Source: Protoeuglena noctilucae
Lineage: Eukaryota
DNA length: 64,000 nucleotides
Assembly (NCBI GenBank): GCA_958009085.1
Contig: OY253686.1
Location: forward strand, 62,001-126,000
Direction of reading: 5' to 3'
Positions within the stretch are counted from its first letter, which is position 1; each line of letters opens with the position of its first letter. The position numbers were made by a program, and so were the translations under genes. The notes beneath the pieces were generated by a model, which saw only the letters and a list, made by a program, of their open reading frames with translations, did not search any database and was not told the DNA's origin. This document shows positions 55,140 to 62,200 of this stretch, one piece after another.

Positions 55140-56200
55140 CTGAACGCGTGCGCTAGTGGAGTGGCACGCCCAAGGGACTGGGGGGACCGGATCTCGGGAC
55201 CTGGGTCCCCCGCTCTGTCCCACGAGGGGGGCGCCGCAGCCTTTGCAACACTCCGAACATGACGTGAAACCCTCGGCTACTGCTCCCGACTCTACTAGGC
55301 TCCCGCCCGCCGGCGCCCGCCCGAGGTTTCCTTGCGGGCACCCCGGAACGAGCACCGACGGGCAATAACCACTGTCCCTAGAGACCGAACCCGGACTTTG
55401 GGCCCTGGAGGACCGGCGACCTTGAACTCCTGCACGTCCAAGAAGCACCGAAAGAACATGTGCAGACTCACCACGTCCCGCGCACGCGCGAGCAGGCTAC
55501 CCACACCATCACAGGAGTGCCATCTAGCAGACCCGGTGGGGCGCACCTTGCCGCCGCCCCGCCAGCAGAAGGTGTACAGCTGCGCCAGGACAGAGCAAAG
55601 CATGCATATGGCGCCGTGGAATACGCTGGCGAGCCCCCACCTGTTGCGGCCTCACCTGGGTCTTACCTGCAGCTGCTGGCACTGCCCCTGGGACGCCCTC
55701 CCACGCGGACCTGCAACGCGGACCTTCCCGGCCGCTCACGCGGCAGCCGGGAAGCCGCGCCACGAGAACCTGCGGCCATTGGCGTGGGCGAGGACGAGCC
55801 TGTCGCCCCGCTTCCCCAGCAGAGCAGCAAGGCGCCCTGCCCCAGTGACAGCCAGAGTGTCTTGGACCTCGGCTGCCACGATGGCGCCAAGCTGGGCATA
55901 GAGGCCTGCGGGCGTCGACGGGGAGCGCCAGTTCTCCCGAAGCTCTTGGCGGCGCCTCCAGATGAGCTTGAAAGCCGCGCCCACGATGACCGCCCACGAG
56001 TACTGCGTGAAACGGCTGGGGGAAGGGGGGACCAGGTGGAACACCGCCCGCGCCGAGAGGGCCGGGGCCCGCGCGGCCGCCTTGACCGTCTCCCACACCT
56101 CCTGGGCCCTGTCACAGGCCCAGAAGGCGTGGGCGACCGTGTCGTCGTGGGAGCACTGCTCGCCATCCCTGCGGAGGAGGGGGCACGTGGTGAGGTCGAG
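55140..56200 (-). mobile_element. 3' fragment of an L1/Tx1-like non-LTR retrotransposon (zf-RVT cysteine-rich region); 3' boundary uncertain
   Basis: The frame 56200-55736 reads CPL...CSHDDTVAHAFWACDRAQEVW...FKLIWRRR, matching the C..E/DT..H.F..C..A..VW and IW..R signature of L1 ORF2 C-termini. Confidence 0.78.
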
Positions 56201-56494
56201 CTAGCTATAAACGACGCCTGGAACGGCGCGGAACAGCGGCGGCGCTCCGACGGTTGAATTCTTTACTAAGGATTACTGATGACGGTAATGACACGCGCAC
56301 GGCGGCGCCAGCGTTGACTTTCAGCGGCGCCAGCGTTGACCGTACGCGCCTCATAAAAAATTATTCCAACAGCCGCGCGGCCGTAGGGGCCGAAGGCCAG
56401 CTGGACAAATGTCCCCATCGGGCTTCGCCCTACGCCTTGAACGACGCCTGGAAGCCCTCAGCTTACGCCAAAAAAAAGAGAAAAGAGGCGTCAG

Positions 56495-56881
56495 TCAGTC
56501 CAGACGCACAATGTCATCTACACCTTCGACCCAGTTGGGACCATCATCGTCATCGTCGATGATATACCTCGGCATCACGATGTGTCTGCAAAGCGAAGCC
56601 TGCCGCCATGCTTGACACTCATGGCAATTATTCAGGTGTAATTCAAAATACTTATGATTGACGTAATGCTCTTCTTCCCAGGCGTACCCCTTATGAAACA
56701 GATACTGAGGGAATGCTTCAATAGCAGCCTGGATCGCAGCTTTAGGGTCACCATGGCATAATATGGCGAAATCGAGCTCGTCGCTCACGATGATATCACG
56801 ATCGGGGACACCGGCCGAAGGCTCCACGAACGTCTTCTCGCGAGGACACCAGACAGTCGGGTCGCGTTGTCTCTTTGGCAT
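56495..56881 (-). CDS. Hypothetical viral protein, 128 aa (H-x3-C-x2-C...C-x-H possible metal site, acidic tail)
   Basis: Intronless ORF whose ATG is preceded by the duplicated 32-nt motif and TATATAT. Confidence 0.65.
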   Translation of the reverse strand: MPKRQRDPTVWCPREKTFVEPSAGVPDRDIIVSDELDFAILCHGDPKAAIQAAIEAFPQYLFHKGYAWEEEHYVNHKYFELHLNNCHECQAWRQASLCRHIVMPRYIIDDDDDGPNWVEGVDDIVRLD

Positions 56882-56888
56882 ATATATA

Positions 56889-56920
56889 ATGGAGAAAAGC
56901 TTTACGGCGTTTTTCTCCCA
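56889..56920 (-). promoter_or_regulatory. 32-nt palindromic upstream motif, copy 1
   Basis: 30/32 identical to 57353-57384; both copies lie 7 nt upstream of a minus-strand ATG. Confidence 0.65.
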
Positions 56921-57081
56921 CGCCTGTACCGTTCCTTCGAACGCTGGATCGTGGCTTCACGGTACTCCTGGTTTTCCGAATATCGGGCCTTTGCTTTCGC
57001 GAGAATACGTTCTCGATTGGCTTGGTAATAGCGTTTATGCTGAGGTAGATAAGAAGACTTCTTGGGTTCTTCTTCGCTCAT
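56902..57081 (-). CDS. Small basic helical viral protein, 59 aa (absent from the ORF track)
   Basis: MSEEEPKKSSYLPQHKRYYQANRERILAKAKARYSENQEYREATIQRSKERYRRGRKTP*; AT-rich leader. Confidence 0.68.
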   Translation of the reverse strand: MSEEEPKKSSYLPQHKRYYQANRERILAKAKARYSENQEYREATIQRSKERYRRGRKTP

Positions 57082-57102
57082 ATAAAAAAAGGGATAAAAA
57101 TT

Positions 57103-57345
57103 TTATGACGGTCTGAATCCACGCGAACCGTTATGCCAGGGTAGCATTCTACCTGGCCTTCGGATGTCGTTCACCATGTCGTCGAAGGACGCATAGGTTA
57201 CATCCGACGTTTTAGCGGGCGTGCCTCCGAACCAATGCTCAAAAGTAGCTTTACTTTTGTCCCACTTCGCCTGACTCCAGTTGATAAAGATACCGAGCTC
57301 TTTATCATTGGCGTCGTAAAGCATCGTGTACCGCGTCTTACCCAT
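57103..57345 (-). CDS. Hypothetical viral protein, 80 aa
   Basis: Intronless ORF preceded by copy 2 of the 32-nt motif. Confidence 0.6.
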   Translation of the reverse strand: MGKTRYTMLYDANDKELGIFINWSQAKWDKSKATFEHWFGGTPAKTSDVTYASFDDMVNDIRRPGRMLPWHNGSRGFRPS

Positions 57346-57352
57346 GATAAGG

Positions 57353-57384
57353 ATGGAGAAAAGCTTTACAGCGTTTTTCTTCCA
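57353..57384 (-). promoter_or_regulatory. 32-nt palindromic upstream motif, copy 2
   Basis: ATGGAGAAAAGCTTTACAGCGTTTTTCTTCCA; see copy 1. Confidence 0.65.
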
Positions 57385-57422
57385 CCCTGAATACTTCGTT
57401 AAAAAAATATCGCGTAATAAAT

Positions 57423-57671
57423 ATGCAATACAAAATTAAGATGTATCTTAAAGACGGGTCTACTGTACTGATGGATAAGATATTTTACTTAGATATACCC
57501 AAAGACCTTGGAATTACATTGGAAGATGACCTTAGGTATCAAGAAGCAATGAAGCCAGTCTCTGAATTCTTCGAAAAGCTCGGCGAAGTATTCGGTAAAA
57601 AGGGCGAAAACATTAATTATGAGTTGATTAGCGTAAATACTCCTCCTGGTCTTCGCCGCTTGCTTTTTTAA
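57423..57671 (+). CDS. Hypothetical viral protein, 82 aa
   Basis: Intronless AT-rich ORF with leader AAAAAAATATC...AATAAATATG. Confidence 0.62.
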   Translation: MQYKIKMYLKDGSTVLMDKIFYLDIPKDLGITLEDDLRYQEAMKPVSEFFEKLGEVFGKKGENINYELISVNTPPGLRRLLF

Positions 57672-57745
57672 AGCTCCTTTTGATTGGCGCCGTAGGCGCC
57701 GTAGGGGTAGAGGGGACTGCGTCCCTCTTTTTTCTAAAAGATTAT

Positions 57746-58162
57746 ATGTCAGCAATGCAGCAACAGCCGATAGCTCCCACGCCTACAGTAGACAGGCACT
57801 CGCATACCCTCCGTATCATCGTCCGATTCCCTGCAAACTCGAGTTCCACAGTAGTGCATCTCGACGTCCCTCACTTGGAATCCGTGAGCGGCAAGCCGTT
57901 TGGACTTATGGTTGAGAGCACCTGCAATATGCCAAGCGACGCCCTGCTAACCACAAATGATTTACAGCTGTACCATAGTTTCGACCCGCTGACGGGGTAT
58001 ATGTCCAACGTTATTTCCGGCGCTACCTCTCAACCCACAGCACCTATCCCCGTATATCCGTTCACAAGCAAGAACATGACGTTCAGTATTACAGATATGA
58101 CAGGCGCGTCGTATTCTGCCACGCACACCGCTTTTGCCGTGATTCTCCGCGTTCTCATCTGA
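57746..58162 (+). CDS. Putative minor capsid (penton-like, single jelly-roll) protein, 138 aa
   Basis: Alternating beta-strand patterns; C-terminal MTFSITDMTGASY...FAVILRV resembles the h-x-h-x-h-x-D-x2-G...h-x-h-x-L ending of polinton/PLV pentons. Confidence 0.5.
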   Translation: MSAMQQQPIAPTPTVDRHSHTLRIIVRFPANSSSTVVHLDVPHLESVSGKPFGLMVESTCNMPSDALLTTNDLQLYHSFDPLTGYMSNVISGATSQPTAPIPVYPFTSKNMTFSITDMTGASYSATHTAFAVILRVLI

Positions 58163-58186
58163 ATTATTTTGTTTGTATGTATATAA

Positions 58187-58612
58187 ATGGTCCTAAAGAA
58201 ACCTGTCTCGGAGCCCCAGCCTGAGGGGGACACCCCCAACCCCGGACAAGAGCAAGAAACCACGGCTCCTGCGGCCCCCGTGGCGATTTCTTAGCGATTG
58301 GAGAACCTAAAAAAGGCCCGTGAAGTTCAAACCCAACGCAAGGAGGAGCGCCTTCAGCATGAGACTGCACTGAAGTCAGTGAAGCAGAAAGAAAAAGACC
58401 TCCAGAACCTGGAACTTGAAGTCAAGCAAAAGGAGCTAGAGCTGAAAGAGAAAGCTTTGCTGGAACGTCTTTACCATATCAAGACGGCATCCTCGAAATA
58501 TGTCCAAGAAGCTCCACCCCAGGAACGCACAATGCGCGAGACCGAGGTGCGCGAGGCGATTCAGGAGTCTCGTCGTACTGGGAACACGAGGAATCTCGTA
58601 GACTACTTCTGA
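58187..58612 (+). pseudogene. Charged coiled-coil viral protein interrupted by an in-frame TAG (58292-58294)
   Basis: ATG 58187 after TATATAA; 35 codons, then TAG, then in frame RLENLKKAREVQTQRKEER...VDYF*. Confidence 0.62.
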
Positions 58613-58682
58613 GGGGACGTAGTCCCCTTAAACCCCTTTCTGCGACCATCCCCCGTGGGGGTTTGAGGGGGCGTCAGCCCCC
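58612..58682. terminator. Double hairpin between convergent viral genes
   Basis: AGGGGAC-GTA-GTCCCCT (58612-58628) and GGGGGC-GTCA-GCCCCC (58667-58682), each overlapping a stop codon. Confidence 0.5.
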
Positions 58683-59240
58683 CAAGCTTTCGTTGAGGTT
58701 TTTTCGGAATCGTTCGCCTTCTGGAGACTGAAGGATTCCCACAAACGCGTCATGAATATCATCCTTGGTTGCGGTGTCCCATAGTTCAAGGAATTTATCC
58801 GGCGTCAGGTAGTGCCCACACATTGTCTCAGCCATGGCCTTTTTGATTTTGGGATTCGCGCATCTCCACAGCGCGAAAATATAATCCATGCTCCTTACAC
58901 TCGGAGGAATCGTCTGAGTCCATGATTGTACGCTGACAAACACCGATGTCCTGCGATGTCGCATCGCGGTGATGAATCGATTGAACTGACTATTCATATG
59001 CGTCGAAACAATCTGTTAAACCCTAGGAAGTCGTCCACGACAATCGCGAAAGTCGGCTTCCCGTGTGGGTACTTGGTCGGAGGTTCGAATTCGAAGTGCT
59101 TGAGAAGCTCAAGCTCATCATCACTGAAGAGTTCGAGGATTTCTTCTTCTTCGGAGTCGTGCTTTACTGACTTATACAGACGGAAATATTTCCTATACAC
59201 GGGGATGTACTTCAAAATGGCGTGATCGTTGTGGAGAAGT
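58674..59240 (-). pseudogene. 5'-truncated A32/FtsK-like DNA packaging ATPase (Walker A missing; 1-nt frameshift at ~59005)
   Basis: Walker B AIVVDD; arginine-finger/sensor region MRHRRTSVFVSVQ; IPPSVR; C-terminal FRKN. Confidence 0.82.
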
Positions 59241-59244
59241 GTTT

Positions 59245-62200
59245 AGTGACCTTTTTCCGATTCGTCGACGGCTCGCGTTTCGCCTCTCGACGCCTCGCGT
59301 TTCGCCTCAATAGTCGACGCGCTGGCCCGCCCAGGGGGGGCTTTCGCTTTCATCATCGGATTAGGCGCGCGGGATCATCATCGCTCATCATCATCAGGTA
59401 GGCCGTCGGCGTAGCGCGAGCGGGAGGGTGGCGAGGGGTGCGGCGGAACGGTCATGTGCATCGCGACTCTCTAGGCAGGAGGCGAGTTCGCAAAACCCCT
59501 GGCAGGCGCCAGGTGAAGGCACAGCCGCTCGGTCTCGTTGGCTCGGGACGAGCCGCGCCCCGGAGCCGAGGGGGGCTTGCGAGGCGCCGCGCGCTTGGCA
59601 GCGTGCGGTAAAATGACGATCTGTAGCATGGATGGGCCGGGAGGCCGGCGGGAGGGGGATGCGGCGACGGGGGCGGCCCGATCAGATGGTGTTGTTAGCT
59701 CGAGCGTTCGGGGCCCGCGCGGTGGCGGGGCGGGGCCGGCGTCGGGTCTTTTGCATGCAGAAGGTTCAGAAGATATCGCAGGAGGGTCTACGGGGGGCGG
59801 AGGAGGCGGAGCGGGCGCGGGTGCGCGGCGCGGGGGCGCGCTGGGGCAGCATGGCGGCGCGAGGAGAAGGGGGGGCGGGAGCGGTCTGCGAGGCCGGGGG
59901 AGCGGGGAGAGTCGGTCTGGAGGCGTTCGAAGCTCGGGAGCGCAAGGGTCGGAGGTTGGAGAGGCGCCGGGAGCGCGTATCGGCGCGCTCCCACCCATCC
60001 CGCTGCCGCCGTTGGGGAATCTGCCCCCGCCGCCGCCGCCGCCGCGGATGGCGCCGGCCGCGGTGCCGGCGCGCGGGCCACGGCGACGGGGAAGGCGGAG
60101 CGCGGCGCGGGACCTCGCGCCCGACGACCTGCGGGTCGTCAGCGTCAACGTGCGGGGGCTGTCGAGCGGGGCCATGGCGGGCAAGCGGGCGACGGTGCGG
60201 CGGCTGGTGCGGAGGCTGCGGGCGGACGTGGTGGTTCTACAGGAGGTCAAGATGCGGGCGGGGCAGGAGGCGGTGGCGTCGGGATTCTTCCCCCAATACT
60301 TCTGCCACTGGTCGCTGGACGAGAACGGCGGCCCGGGGGGCGTGGGGGTGCTGGTACATCGGGAGTCGGTGGCGGGCGCGCCGAAGCGGCGCGGGGCGGA
60401 CGTGGAAGGGCTGGCGGGGCGGGCGTGCGCAGTCGACCTCGCATGGGCCGACCGGCGCTTCACGGTGGTGGGGGTCTACGCGCCGGCGTCCGGGGGGGCG
60501 GCAGCGCACAGGGACTTCACTGCGCGGCTGCGGCATCTGATGCCGCCTCGCCAGGCGCACAGGGAGACGATCGTCGTTGGGGACTTCAACTGCACGTCGG
60601 GTCACCCGCTCGAGCGGGCGTCCCGGCGCTACCACGACGACCTGGCCAAGGTCATCCACTGGACGGAGAACGTGACGGGGCCGCAGGGGCTGGCGGACGT
60701 GCACGTGCAGCTGGGGCTGCGCCGGGACACCTACACGTGGTTCGGGGCGCGAGCGGAGGGGGCAGCGACGCCGGCGGCGCGCATTGACCGCTGCCTGGCG
60801 CGCCCGGCCCTGCTGGTCCGGTACCCGGCGACGCTGGCGGCGCGCTTCGTGCCCGGGCTGGACCACAAGGCGCTCGTCCTGACGCTACGGCGGCGGGCAG
60901 ACAGGGCCGCGGGGCGCAACCCGCTGCGGCAGGTCCGGCCGCTCTGGGCGCCGGGGAGCCATGAGGCCGAGCGATTCCGGCGGGGTGTGTGGAGGGACTT
61001 ACCGGCGGACGGGCCGGGGTGCACGTCGGTGCGAGTGGCCAAGGTCATCCGGCACCGCGCGGAGGCGATCAACCTGGTGGTGCGGCGGCGGCGGGACGGG
61101 GAGCGGAGGCGTCTGGAGAAGCAACTGGGACGGGCAGAGAGGAGGGCGCAGCGGACGAACGCGACGGAGGACTGGGACCGGATGCTGGACCTGCAGCGCC
61201 AGCTGACGGTGCTGGAGCAGCAGGAGGTCCAGTGGCAGAGCGAGCGGGCGAAGCACTTTCTGCGGGTCTTCGGGGCCGTGCCGAGTCGGCGGATCACGGC
61301 CCATTTCAAGTGGCGGCGGCGGGTCGAGGGCGTCACGGACGACCTCGCGCGGGACCTGCAGACCAACATGGCCCAGCTCTACGCCCCTGCCGCGCCCCCT
61401 GCCTCCGCGGACGGCCAACATGAGAGGGCACGCGCTAACTTCCTGCGCAACCCGCGGTCGCCGCTGTCGGAGGAGGCGAGGGCCGCTCTCGAGGCAGACG
61501 TGACACGGGCGGAGGCGGCGGAGGCGATACAGGGTCTACGGGGCGACAGCTGCGGTGGCGCGGACGGCATCTCCCCGGCGCTGCTCAAGGCGTGCCAGGG
61601 CACCGGGACCGAGGCGGGTGTCGAGCGGGTGGTCGCCTACTTCGTCAACAAGCTCCTCCGCGGCGAGGGGCACGACGGCCGCCTCGCGGACGCCGCCATC
61701 ACGCTCATCCACAAGGGCGGCTCGCGGACGGACTGGCGGCGGTACCGCCCCATCTCCCTACTGTCCGTCCTCTACAAGTCTTCGGCCAAGGTGCTGACGG
61801 CGCGGCTGCTGCGGGTGCTGCCGCAGCTCGTGCACGAGGGGACCAGTTGGGTTTCGTCCCCGGGCGTGACATTGGGACGGCCATCTACTCGCTGCATCTG
61901 CTCGACGAGCTCATGCGCATCCGGCGGCAGTCGGCGTGGGCGGTGCTGGTGGACTTCGAACAGGCGTACGACACGGCCTTCCGGGGGTGGGCTGCGGACG
62001 CGATGGCGTGGGGAGGGCTCCCGCCGCGTTTTGTCAAGGCGGCGGTGGCGCTGCAGAGCGACAGCCGGGCGAGCCTGGTCCTCAACGGGGCGGCGGGGGA
62101 GCCGTTCCCGCTCAACCGGGGCGTCAAGCAGGGATGCCCCCTGAGCCCGCTCATCTTCGTGCTGGCGGTGGAGCCCCTCGCAGAGAGGCTGCGGGCGTGG

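Larger units (their letters stand above)
56201..59240. mobile_element. Remnant of an endogenous Polinton-like virus / small dsDNA-virus-like element
   Basis: Abrupt drop in GC; tightly packed intronless ORFs with AT-rich TATA-ATG leaders; A32-type ATPase; penton-like ORF; repeated hairpins. Confidence 0.78.

Noticed and set aside
55295..55603. 102-aa minus-strand ORF after the LINE zf-RVT stop
   Set aside because: No recognisable motif; cannot be distinguished from LINE 3' UTR.
58292..58294. Non-standard genetic code (TAR=Gln) for the host, as in some ulvophytes
   Set aside because: Host genes terminate at TAG/TAA at the expected positions (Nup58, CSN6, HSP70) and conserved exons have no internal TAR.
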